Virus record (IMG/VR): IMGVR_UViG_3300038314_001080
Span: 1-31,783 of that record
DNA from: a virus
Lineage: Duplodnaviria > Caudoviricetes
Strand: one strand, 5' to 3'
Length of the DNA stretch: 31,783 nucleotides
Shown: positions 1 to 8,209 of the stretch, piece by piece
How the letters are laid out: every line of letters begins with the position of its first letter
Position numbering within the stretch: position 1 is the first letter of the stretch
The notes under the pieces: generated by a model
Databases searched by the model: none
What the model saw: only the letters and a program-made list of their open reading frames with translations
Told to the model about the DNA's origin: nothing
Translations under genes and position numbers: made by a program

Positions 1-1
1 A

Positions 2-76
2 TGCACACGTTGCAATGAACATTCACAATTACCATGGTTCAATATAGTGGAAGGAGACATCGGGGAAAAGAGGTGA
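2..76 (+). CDS. 3' part of a small CxxC-containing ORF (CTRCNEHSQLPWFNIVEGDIGEKR*); the 5' end may be at 31770 if the sequence is circular
   Basis: Open frame ending at TGA 74-76; joins in frame to ATG 31770 across the window ends. Confidence 0.35.
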   Translation, partial: CTRCNEHSQLPWFNIVEGDIGEKR

Positions 77-123
77 CGAACTAAAGGTGTTAGAAAGTCA
101 ATGAAACCCCTCAGGCTTTACAG

Positions 124-483
124 CTACTGAACTCCTTCTGTCACCACCTCCCCACAATAAGTACATGAATGAGTCACGGACTCAACTGGCCCGTCTATCA
201 TTTCAACAGTGATTGTTACAATCTGCTCATGCAGACATGGTTTTTCTCTAACATATATGATTGGTTGTTTAGGAACAGGCATTGGTGGTTCTAATGTAGC
301 AAGATAACGATAAAAATCTTCTCTTGGCCACGTTTTCACTAATTCTTCCCTTGCACTTGTTTTAAATTCCCAAGTAACAGGTTTTACACTACTTCCGTAA
401 GGAACAGTATTGTTATATGAACGATCCAACAGCTCATCTTGCGTTGGTTTCTTCTGTCTGACATATTGTCTTAAATTTACCAT
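124..483 (-). CDS. Hypothetical protein (119 aa) with C-terminal CxH...CxxC zinc-binding motif
   Basis: ATG at 483 preceded by GGGGGT; the tracked 5' extension to 663 runs through AT-rich, palindromic DNA that looks non-coding. Confidence 0.6.
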   Translation of the reverse strand: MVNLRQYVRQKKPTQDELLDRSYNNTVPYGSSVKPVTWEFKTSAREELVKTWPREDFYRYLATLEPPMPVPKQPIIYVREKPCLHEQIVTITVEMIDGPVESVTHSCTYCGEVVTEGVQ

Positions 484-663
484 CCCATACCCCCACAATC
501 TGTTTTTTTGCACTTTTGTCGACGTAGAAGAGGGTACCCTCCCAAGAAAAGTGCCATATTTTGATGTATGTATAAAAAAATTAGTACCTATTATATACTG
601 TAGTATACACCTTATATAAATAAATAAATATTTTTTATTGTGTGTGGGGGATTCAAGTTTCAT
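484..663. other. AT-rich intergenic region with palindromes; candidate replication origin or regulatory region
   Basis: GAGGGTACCCTC palindrome 530-541; TATACT-gt-AGTATA 594-607; TAAA repeats ~617-630; flanking inverted repeat CCCCCACA 490-497 / TGTGGGGG 643-650; adjacent to the primase-helicase gene. Confidence 0.35.
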
Positions 664-3015
664 TTATAAAGGATTCTCCATTTTGTCGTCGATAAAGGCT
701 TCCTTTTGGGAAGGTTTGGGATGGTCTTTTTTAGTCTTATTTGCGTTTTGGGACACCCACTCAGAAATTAGGACTCCCTGAGTAGAAATGAGAACATCGG
801 AGTATCCCACGAGGTCTCCCAAATGATGTGGGACACTATCTGTCCGTTCATACCATGCCGGAGTTCCAGGCATTGACTTGTTTTCAAAGAACCCTGCTGA
901 AGACAAACGACACATAGTATTCTGTGCTGTTTTCTTCTTCAGATCACACCATTTCTCCACTTCTTCAATAGTAAAACCGCTAATATGTGAACCTGCTCCA
1001 TTCACAATCTTGTCATAATACTGTAAATCCTTTGCTCCAATACCTTGTGTTGAAGCGTTTAAGCTCTCTCCAGCGTAAATATAGCTGTTTTTAACATCTC
1101 TCCAATCAGCAATTAACACATCTTGACCATTTTCATCAACATACCAGCTTCGCCGTTTCTGAGAAACAAAAGCGTGTGCCTTGACTAAACTAATCATTTT
1201 CTTGACATCTCGCCTACCTCTCACACTTGAACTGTGTAAATATGGCAATAGATCCTTAGCAAACGGGAAAACAACCTTATCTGGCCGTTTAAGGAATTTA
1301 AGCCCTGCACGGATTTCCTCCAATCTTGGAATACCCCCCAGTTTTTTGGCGGAAAATTCTGCAAGTGAATATTCCATGATTGCCTTAGTCTGCTCAGAAC
1401 TAATATCTGTGTTCAGTATCCAAGCACGACTCTTCAACTGTTCACCTTCATCATACTCTTCAGCATTACAGGTCACGAACAGCACATGACTGAGGTCAAT
1501 CACTTTAATTTGGGACACTCGCTTAGTAACTCCTTCCACTTTAACTTCTTCTGTTGATAACAAAGATAGTTTCCCCTCACTAATCGCAACTCTCAACTGT
1601 TCAACCACATCGGAAGCACCTTGAAGTTCTTCAATGATAACAACTTTCTTCTGTAAGAGGGGAGCTAACTCCTCTAAATAGTTCAAACTTGCCTTTGTTA
1701 TCCGAGAGAACACAAAATATTCCTCATTTTCATCACCAAATAAGTTCGCAACCGACTTCATAACATGAGATTTACCTGACGCAGCATCACCATCAAGCAT
1801 GATACACCACTCAGGACTGAACTCTTTTGTAATGTAAAGAAGAAACAACGTCATCTTCAACGCATCTTCACCCACCACACAGTAGTCTAATGCCTCTTTT
1901 ACGGCCGCTAACGGATCATCTACATCAAAGACTGCAATCTCCTCTTTATATTTTTCTCCGTAGTACGGGCAAGTATGAGGGTCACAGACACCTATTGTTA
2001 TCAGCATTGGTGACCAGTACACTTTCCTTTGCTTGTAGATCCATTCCAACCAATGAAAAGCTTCACTTTCTGTGTATGGTTCAGGCATCTTTGGACAATT
2101 TGATATGTATTCACGTAGAACTTCCTTTGCTTTCTCAATTTCTAACTTATCTAACCGACAAGCAACAGCTAATGCTTTAGCACCAATGTTCCTTTGACCA
2201 ACAGGTAAACCATTCTCTCTAACTTTCTGAACACAATCCATAGAAAGAAACTCACCTGTGTAATCAATCGCTTGTAATTCCTTCTTCTTGTGAGGAGTCA
2301 ACGCCTTAATATAATCACTAACTGCTTCTGCAATGAATGTTTCACCAACATTATGTTGTCTTATAGCTGTTGGATATTCTACTTCATCAAACCCAAGTGG
2401 TTTAGGTTTAGATTTAGGCATCTCTTGATACCATGTCTTCCAACCAGTTACCATGTCACCATCTCGGTTGATTCTACTGTTAGCTCCACCACAACAACGA
2501 ATGAGAGTAGATCTTCCAGCCATTGCGTTCCATTTAAGTTTCCCAATGTCCACAACTTTACCGATAAGGCGAGCAGGAAGTCCGCTTTGTTCAACTATTT
2601 GTTTGGCGAGTTTCATACGGATTTCCTGCTCAACATCCACCCCTAAGTCTATAGCCTTATCAATTAACTCAAGAACATCAGGTGAACTTATCTCCAGATC
2701 CAAGAACACATGAATATGAACAGATTTATTCCCACTCCAAAATGTGTAGTAGGGAATGCTTATTGAATCTAAATAATTTGTGATGGTATCAGAATATTTC
2801 TTGTTCTGAGAATAAGTAGCAGCATCTAAATCAATTACAACTTCATTACTCCCAACAGTACGATGGTCAATTGGAGGTTCAACACCACCAATCTTATACT
2901 GTTTACCCGGTTTGAAGTCGTTACCTTTCCTCCAATTCCTCGTTGTATAAATTGGAGTATCGATAATATCATTCAATAGTTCAAAGTATTTTTTCTGCTT
3001 ATCTACGCCTGACAT
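664..3015 (-). CDS. Primase-helicase fusion: AEP (PriS-like) + PriL-CTD-like + MCM-like AAA+ ATPase + winged helix
   Basis: AEP motifs VIDLD and SGNKSVHIH; Cys-containing middle region (CVQKV...GQRN...CDPHTCPY); Walker A GDAASGKS, Walker B VIIEE, LKSR arginine finger, RGRRD; RBS GAGGTTGA. Confidence 0.8.
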   Translation of the reverse strand: MSGVDKQKKYFELLNDIIDTPIYTTRNWRKGNDFKPGKQYKIGGVEPPIDHRTVGSNEVVIDLDAATYSQNKKYSDTITNYLDSISIPYYTFWSGNKSVHIHVFLDLEISSPDVLELIDKAIDLGVDVEQEIRMKLAKQIVEQSGLPARLIGKVVDIGKLKWNAMAGRSTLIRCCGGANSRINRDGDMVTGWKTWYQEMPKSKPKPLGFDEVEYPTAIRQHNVGETFIAEAVSDYIKALTPHKKKELQAIDYTGEFLSMDCVQKVRENGLPVGQRNIGAKALAVACRLDKLEIEKAKEVLREYISNCPKMPEPYTESEAFHWLEWIYKQRKVYWSPMLITIGVCDPHTCPYYGEKYKEEIAVFDVDDPLAAVKEALDYCVVGEDALKMTLFLLYITKEFSPEWCIMLDGDAASGKSHVMKSVANLFGDENEEYFVFSRITKASLNYLEELAPLLQKKVVIIEELQGASDVVEQLRVAISEGKLSLLSTEEVKVEGVTKRVSQIKVIDLSHVLFVTCNAEEYDEGEQLKSRAWILNTDISSEQTKAIMEYSLAEFSAKKLGGIPRLEEIRAGLKFLKRPDKVVFPFAKDLLPYLHSSSVRGRRDVKKMISLVKAHAFVSQKRRSWYVDENGQDVLIADWRDVKNSYIYAGESLNASTQGIGAKDLQYYDKIVNGAGSHISGFTIEEVEKWCDLKKKTAQNTMCRLSSAGFFENKSMPGTPAWYERTDSVPHHLGDLVGYSDVLISTQGVLISEWVSQNANKTKKDHPKPSQKEAFIDDKMENPL

Positions 3016-3041
3016 CTATCAACCTCGTCTGGCGAAAGTCT

Positions 3042-3173
3042 CTATTCATCTCTTGGCTTGTCAAAGTAGGGAGATTTACATTTACAACACATCCTAATCT
3101 CTTCCTGCATTGGAATCCATTCATGTCCACATCTCAAACAATTCAATCGGGGAAGTTTAACTTTCGTCACCAT
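3042..3173 (-). CDS. Zinc-finger microprotein, 43 aa (MVTKVKLPRLNCLRCGHEWIPMQEEIRMCCKCKSPYFDKPRDE); not in ORF track
   Basis: Manual translation; CxRCGHxW...CxxCKSPY pattern typical of small archaeal zinc fingers; TATA box 21 nt upstream. Confidence 0.8.
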   Translation of the reverse strand: MVTKVKLPRLNCLRCGHEWIPMQEEIRMCCKCKSPYFDKPRDE

Positions 3174-3194
3174 ACTATGACGTAAACCAAGAAG

Positions 3195-3209
3195 TATTTA
3201 AAACTTTTG
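3195..3209 (-). promoter_or_regulatory. Archaeal BRE/TATA promoter of the replication operon (leaderless)
   Basis: Minus strand CAAAAGT-TTTAAATA, 21 nt before ATG 3173. Confidence 0.65.
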
Positions 3210-3238
3210 TGACTACTAAAATGGAAGAAGGGAGAGTG

Positions 3239-3264
3239 TGACAAGTATGACAAGTGTGTCATAC
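3239..3264. repeat. Operator-like element with direct and inverted repeats
   Basis: TGACAAGT at 3239-3246 and 3248-3255; GTATGACA-agtg-TGTCATAC inverted repeat 3245-3264. Confidence 0.5.
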
Positions 3265-3482
3265 ATTTATCTTGTTTCTACACCAATGGCAGTAGATAGA
3301 TAACAGCCCAGAATAAGACCAATAGTGGATTGGGCCAAGTCCACAGTATGGACATTGTTTAATAGAAAGTCTTTCCAACACCACATTTATCACATTTATC
3401 TACGTAAATCCTAATACCACTATAATCAATAACTCACTCAATGCGAAGAATAGCACGTATTATAATCGCCAATTCTCACCAT
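3260..3482 (-). pseudogene. Fragmented zinc-finger microgene(s)
   Basis: CDKCG, CPYCG and YCHWCR motifs lie in three different frames; 3335-3364 matches 4928-4957 at 27/30 bp. Confidence 0.35.
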
Positions 3483-3691
3483 TAGCCTATCATAATCCTC
3501 CCTCTACGGTCTTCAGGGACACATTCACAATCATAATCCCAAATATATTTACTGACTTTTTTAGTGATTGAATCAACGCCAGGAACAAAATCTTTCTTGC
3601 AATGAAAACAACGAGGAACTTTTGCTTTCATGAAATATTCAATCTCTTCTTTGACCCCAGGCGGGAATTCAAATTCACTCAAATATACCAT
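3482..3691 (-). CDS. Small zinc-binding protein (CFHC...CEC), ~69 aa
   Basis: ORF track; ATG 3691 directly follows the stop of the upstream micro-ORF. Confidence 0.65.
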   Translation of the reverse strand: MVYLSEFEFPPGVKEEIEYFMKAKVPRCFHCKKDFVPGVDSITKKVSKYIWDYDCECVPEDRRGRIMIG

Positions 3692-3692
3692 T

Positions 3693-3749
3693 TTAACAAT
3701 ATGGACATACTCCACCAATTAGTGGGGTTCCACATACTAAACAAATCAT
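3693..3749 (-). CDS. 18-aa zinc-knuckle micropeptide MICLVCGTPLIGGVCPYC
   Basis: Manual translation; CxxC-x8-CPxC; overlaps the upstream MARKK* mini-ORF (3746-3763) at ATGA. Confidence 0.5.
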   Translation of the reverse strand: MICLVCGTPLIGGVCPYC

Positions 3750-3773
3750 TTTTTTCTTGCCATTATGTCCCGC

Positions 3774-4604
3774 TTATTTTACATTAATTGGTAGTTCACT
3801 ATTGTTTGTAAACAGTAATGTTGTTGCATTAACAGAATCCTCAATAATGAAGTTTGGTGTATCGATTCCACTACCATTACCAATATAACTGTTAATAATC
3901 TGTAATGTGCCTACTTTAAAGTTTGAGATGATAATTCCTGCACCATAAGAATGAATACCTTTCAGAGTGAAAGTATTACAGATAGAATCACCAGCGGTAC
4001 TATCAATTATTATTCTATCAAAATCTGAACTTGAGATGTGAGGAATATCTATAGTTCCTCTTGTTGAACCAAACTTATAATCAGGTATTGATGAAGTTAA
4101 TGTTGAACTGAATGAATTACCATCTGCTTCATTATGTTGAATAATTAAAGAGTATGCAGAACCATTCCTAATAATTAATTCTGGTGTTTCTAAACCGTCA
4201 AGGATTAGAGTTTCACAGGTTAAATAATAATTTCCTCCTGTTAGTAAAAATGCTTCAGTCAACCCTGAATGTTTACCCACTTCAATATCTTCAAAATAAA
4301 AATTGTTTATCCTTCCACCACCTATTAACAAATTTAATGTTTGATGTTGAGTAAGGTTATCATCTTTAAACCCACTATTTAATACTTCTTCCCCTAAATC
4401 TTGTGCATATTTAACATCATAAATACCAGCTTTTGGGAAGAACATATATTCATCAGGTGAAAAGAATAGTAAACAAAATACTCCAATGAATGAGAGAACT
4501 ACTACCCCTAACATCCACATTAACATCTTGTTTGCAATAAGTGTTTTGAAAATACCACCAATTTTTGGTAGTCTATTTGTTTTTATTTTCTTTTTTCTTA
4601 CCAT
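3774..4604 (-). CDS. Membrane-anchored extracellular protein, beta-solenoid-like
   Basis: Basic N-terminus plus one TM helix, then I/N/S/G-rich beta repeats with five N-x-S/T sequons. Confidence 0.6.
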   Translation of the reverse strand: MVRKKKIKTNRLPKIGGIFKTLIANKMLMWMLGVVVLSFIGVFCLLFFSPDEYMFFPKAGIYDVKYAQDLGEEVLNSGFKDDNLTQHQTLNLLIGGGRINNFYFEDIEVGKHSGLTEAFLLTGGNYYLTCETLILDGLETPELIIRNGSAYSLIIQHNEADGNSFSSTLTSSIPDYKFGSTRGTIDIPHISSSDFDRIIIDSTAGDSICNTFTLKGIHSYGAGIIISNFKVGTLQIINSYIGNGSGIDTPNFIIEDSVNATTLLFTNNSELPINVK

Positions 4605-4839
4605 CTTTTTCAGTCCCCTTTAACATATTTTGTGCAACTGCCCCAATTATTATACTCACAGGATTTGAAAATATTGCAAACGCTACAAGAATAATATCCA
4701 AATGAGGTGCAACTTCTACTGGATTTGTAGTTGTTTTCCAAATTATAAGTATTCCTAAGATAACAAAAGCTAAGATTATCGGTGCCGTCATTATCAAATT
4801 AACAAATTCTTGTCCACTTATTTGGTTTTCGTCTTTCAT
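4573..4839 (-). CDS. Small two-TM membrane protein (holin-like)
   Basis: Two hydrophobic helices and a highly charged C-terminus. Confidence 0.6.
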   Translation of the reverse strand: MKDENQISGQEFVNLIMTAPIILAFVILGILIIWKTTTNPVEVAPHLDIILVAFAIFSNPVSIIIGAVAQNMLKGTEKDGKKKENKNK

Positions 4840-4846
4840 TTTAAGG

Positions 4847-4977
4847 TCATGAATTTTGTGTTACAAGTTCCATCAAACCACACTCCTTGCAGTTCATTTT
4901 TTCTTTGGACTAATATAAGAGTGGAGTCCAAGTCCACAAAATGGACATTTTTTAATACAAAAGTGTTCCAATGACAT
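4847..4977 (-). CDS. Split zinc-ribbon microgene: MSLEHFCIKKCPFCGLGLHSYISPKKK* (4894-4977) + MNCKECGLMELVTQNS* (4847-4897)
   Basis: Manual translation; the two CxxC halves meet at AAAAAATGA with a -1 frame offset. Confidence 0.4.
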
Positions 4978-5218
4978 ACAATAGTACTATGGTTAGTACG
5001 AAACCTATCCAAACGCCCAGAAGTACGCCTGTAAGCCACTTTCTCCTCGGCTGCCAGTCACCAATCCATCTGATAATTCTCTTCACACGTGCCTTTAAAC
5101 GCCTATGGGGAGAAGTTAACCATTTCCAAGCTTTCTTCCATAAGGGAGGAACATCAGTTACTTGAATCCAAGGATTGTCATAACTGAAGTCCATGTTTTT
5201 GGTTTTAATCCTTACCAT
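4952..5218 (-). CDS. Small basic protein with C-terminal TM helix
   Basis: TAATG coupling to the upstream gene; hydrophobic C-terminus. Confidence 0.65.
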   Translation of the reverse strand: MVRIKTKNMDFSYDNPWIQVTDVPPLWKKAWKWLTSPHRRLKARVKRIIRWIGDWQPRRKWLTGVLLGVWIGFVLTIVLLYVIGTLLY

Positions 5219-5400
5219 TACTTAGGTTTAACAAAGCTATGCAATCCTAATGCACCAGCTAAAACTACGCATAGTGAAGCAACTTCCAAATGTCCAAGAC
5301 TTACTGCACCAGCAGCAACTGCAGATAATACTGCCGCCCAGACCCTTCTCTGCTTAATTAGTTCTCCCAAACTATACTTATTTTTTTTCTTCTTTGCCAT
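5218..5400 (-). CDS. Holin-like two-TM protein (60 aa)
   Basis: GGAGG RBS before ATG 5400; RRVWAAVLSAV resembles the N-termini of small phage holins; lies downstream of the protease. Confidence 0.55.
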   Translation of the reverse strand: MAKKKKNKYSLGELIKQRRVWAAVLSAVAAGAVSLGHLEVASLCVVLAGALGLHSFVKPK

Positions 5401-5442
5401 TTTTACGTTTCCTCCCGTATCCATTCACTTCCCAGTCCCATT

Positions 5443-6225
5443 CTAACCATTCTTCTTGAAGTCTTTTTTGGATACTGTTAGTGAATTTTGTGACCAACTT
5501 TTTGATTCGTTGAACGTGAACCAAATCGTTCCGTACATAGGATTTAATTTTTGAGGTAATTTGAGCCAATTTACTATCGCATTTTTCCGGTAGTAAGTAC
5601 TTTCTACGCAATACCATTCTCCGTCCTCCGCTAACCACATCAAATAGAAATGTCCACCAGCACCACTTGGGATACTTCCACGGCGGTTAACATTCCCAGC
5701 AACACATTTCAAACGATGTTTAACAATTTCCCACATTCCCAAATCAAGGAACTTCTGCCTAATAACATTGTATTCCAAAATTCCATAATCGTCACAGTCA
5801 CCATACCCACGTTCTAACAATTCAGATGGTTGAGTCCAAGTTTCTCCCTTGTCTAATTTATACTTAAACTTGCCAGATTTAAACTGAGATTCTAACCATT
5901 CAAGAATTTCTAAGACAATGCCATCCGGATCTTGATGTAAACCATTAATAGAATCAGCAATACTTTTAATATGTTCAGACTTCTTGTACTTAACATAACT
6001 TGTAACTTTCTTCCTCTTTGGAGCATTGTACCACACGGTTGATTGTTTCCACTTGTTATCCCAGTACTCAGAATCGTAAACATCAGGAGAATTTTCATAC
6101 TTTTCAAGAAGTTCAACTTGTTCAGCGGCAAGTAAAACTTCCTTTAAACTAGAGTTTTCAATCTCTAGTTTAGGAAATTCTTTTACCCGTCTAATCCATT
6201 CTTTGATTGTTTTAATCACTATCAC
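5443..6225 (-). CDS. Transglutaminase-like cysteine protease (putative lysin / envelope-degrading enzyme)
   Basis: GDCDDY catalytic Cys motif, GHFY His, WYCVEST acidic residue; located between tail and holin-like genes. Confidence 0.75.
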   Translation of the reverse strand: MIVIKTIKEWIRRVKEFPKLEIENSSLKEVLLAAEQVELLEKYENSPDVYDSEYWDNKWKQSTVWYNAPKRKKVTSYVKYKKSEHIKSIADSINGLHQDPDGIVLEILEWLESQFKSGKFKYKLDKGETWTQPSELLERGYGDCDDYGILEYNVIRQKFLDLGMWEIVKHRLKCVAGNVNRRGSIPSGAGGHFYLMWLAEDGEWYCVESTYYRKNAIVNWLKLPQKLNPMYGTIWFTFNESKSWSQNSLTVSKKDFKKNG

Positions 6226-7255
6226 GGAAAACCCTCAAGTATGAGTTTGAATTAGTAGCTACAGCTAACCCGTTAGTTCCCCATTCAACCAATGCACTTT
6301 TAAGAGTACGAGTTGAACCAATTGAAGAAGAATTGAACACAACCATTTGAGTCCAAGTAAGTCCACTATCTGTTGAACCAGCAATAGCACATACAGTTCC
6401 TGTAGTGTCAACCCAACCAGTGTAAATGTTCCCGTTAGTTGTAGTAACGAAACCTAAACTAATATCATATCCCTTCTCTTGGAACACAGCAGTTACAGTA
6501 TTCGTACTGTTTACATAATAATTAATATCTCCTCCAGCACTACCAATTAATAAAATGTCAGCAGTGACAGCAAGGCACGTATCATTGACACCGGCAGGGA
6601 AAATAGTATTATCTGTTGTATCTGCCCATTTCGCAACACCACTGTCTGGATCGTTTGATTTCCAAATGTTACTATTTGTATCAACAGCGTAACCAGTAGT
6701 ATCATCAAACATTGAAACTGTTCCACAAGCAACATTAGGTGAAGTAACTGGATCTGTCCATGCAGTACCTTGATTAGTACTGTAAACAATATGTTTAGCT
6801 CCACCACCATCATCACCAGCAACAACAACTAATGCACTCACGGGGAATGATAAGTCATAAACTAGAGAGTTACCCATAGCTAAGACAGTAGTTGCAGTCC
6901 AGTTAGCTCCACTGTCAGAAGTATAAGCTGTTTCCATGTTTCCACTTGCTTCAGCAACAAAACCTTCTGCTAATGCAGCTTCACATACCCTTACAATTGG
7001 TGCAGTATCAATAGATTCAGTTCCAGCGTCAGCTGCCCAAGTTACTCCAGTGTCAGAAGTGAAATGCATACCACCAGCAGTTGAACTGTAAGCACTTGCA
7101 GAATGTCTGATTGTTCCCCACAGTACGTCACCCAATGAAGTTGACGTTGTTAGAAAATTCCATTTAGAAAAAGCAATAGTATCTAATAAATCATCAGCAC
7201 TTAATACGTTTCCATCAACCCATGGGGATGATGTTCCTTGTCCTTTATTTGTCAT
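6212..7255 (-). CDS. Receptor-binding / tail-tip protein with BNR (Asp-box) beta-propeller
   Basis: Asp-boxes TSDTGVTW, TSDSGANW, STNQGTAW, STDSGLTW; N-terminal WxDGxVLSAxDL anchor; last tail gene; GGAGG RBS. Confidence 0.7.
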   Translation of the reverse strand: MTNKGQGTSSPWVDGNVLSADDLLDTIAFSKWNFLTTSTSLGDVLWGTIRHSASAYSSTAGGMHFTSDTGVTWAADAGTESIDTAPIVRVCEAALAEGFVAEASGNMETAYTSDSGANWTATTVLAMGNSLVYDLSFPVSALVVVAGDDGGGAKHIVYSTNQGTAWTDPVTSPNVACGTVSMFDDTTGYAVDTNSNIWKSNDPDSGVAKWADTTDNTIFPAGVNDTCLAVTADILLIGSAGGDINYYVNSTNTVTAVFQEKGYDISLGFVTTTNGNIYTGWVDTTGTVCAIAGSTDSGLTWTQMVVFNSSSIGSTRTLKSALVEWGTNGLAVATNSNSYLRVFRDSD

Positions 7256-7270
7256 TTTATAATTTCCCTC

Positions 7271-7861
7271 CTATGTGTACTCAATTGTTAAACTTGTAAC
7301 TGTCGCGTTACCAGTAGCAGTTAACCTGAACTTGATACCTGCATTACTTGGATTGGCAGCAGTTAATGTTACTCCATTCGTGGCACTCTCCCAATTATTA
7401 CCATCAAATTGTAACTCTAACGTAAGATTAGTGACAGTAGTTCCAACAACTGTTAACGTTGCTTCAGTGTACGTTGCACTGTTCAAAGCAATAATTTCAC
7501 TCGTGGCAACTTCAAGATTAACAAAGTCAGCTTGACCAACAACAACTGCCCAGTCAGCAGTAGTGTTACCAGTATCTCTGAACGTAGTATCAAGGAACTG
7601 TTCAGTATAAATGTTAGCTGGGTTAGTCACACGAATAACACTAGCAGTTCCTAAATCATCTCCTAACATGGAAGTTCCTAACACTCCATTAGTTGCATGA
7701 CCAAGAATGAAAGAATTTCCAATCGTTTGAGTAGAAATTACAGTTGACAATTCTTTCACGTTAATAGTTTCTCGGTTTCTTTTCAAGACTAACTCTCTAG
7801 TATCATCCTTTTCACCAAGGTTATCCTTGGTATCCCTTCCACTTTCAAATAAATCTACCAT
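7271..7861 (-). CDS. Minor tail / baseplate protein
   Basis: T/G/A-rich beta protein within the tail module. Confidence 0.55.
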   Translation of the reverse strand: MVDLFESGRDTKDNLGEKDDTRELVLKRNRETINVKELSTVISTQTIGNSFILGHATNGVLGTSMLGDDLGTASVIRVTNPANIYTEQFLDTTFRDTGNTTADWAVVVGQADFVNLEVATSEIIALNSATYTEATLTVVGTTVTNLTLELQFDGNNWESATNGVTLTAANPSNAGIKFRLTATGNATVTSLTIEYT

Positions 7862-7863
7862 TT

Positions 7864-8208
7864 TTAACTTATTTCTATCACAAATGTTTGTATCATAGTA
7901 ACTTCAATCGATACAGTTTTAGCTACTCCTGCCTTAACTACACGATTGAAATCAACTGTTGTGTTAGCTAATATTTCCCATTCAGCTAATGTTGAACCGT
8001 TTCCTTCAGTAGTCAAGACGATGTGAGTAACAGTGATAGTATTTCCTCCTGCTTGAACATCATCTAAAGCATTATTAGTAGCTGCAACTGCTGCTCCCAA
8101 CGCAGTATCACCAGCAGTAGGTAACGTTACATCAGTACCTGCCTGTCCATGTGTTAGATCGTTTGATATCTGTGACCTAATTTGTGTTCTTCCTTGTGTT
8201 AATAACAT
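7864..8208 (-). CDS. Minor tail protein, paralog of 8210-8548
   Basis: GTxxTxxxxxDTxL motif and GNGSTLAE, resembling tail-fibre anchor domains. Confidence 0.6.
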   Translation of the reverse strand: MLLTQGRTQIRSQISNDLTHGQAGTDVTLPTAGDTALGAAVAATNNALDDVQAGGNTITVTHIVLTTEGNGSTLAEWEILANTTVDFNRVVKAGVAKTVSIEVTMIQTFVIEIS

Positions 8209-8209
8209 T

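Noticed and set aside
484-663. 60-codon 5' extension of ORF 124-663
   Set aside because: Low-complexity, palindromic AT-rich DNA; a better start with an RBS exists at 483
4836-5039. Tracked 67-aa ORF
   Set aside because: Overlaps 4952-5218; the CxxC-bearing frames explain the region better
5378-6828. Alternative-frame minus-strand ORFs 5378-5638, 5910-6131 and 6547-6828 (also 9180-9377, 11031-11510, 27934-28176, 28267-28482)
   Set aside because: Nested in or largely overlapping better-supported genes, with no RBS or motifs
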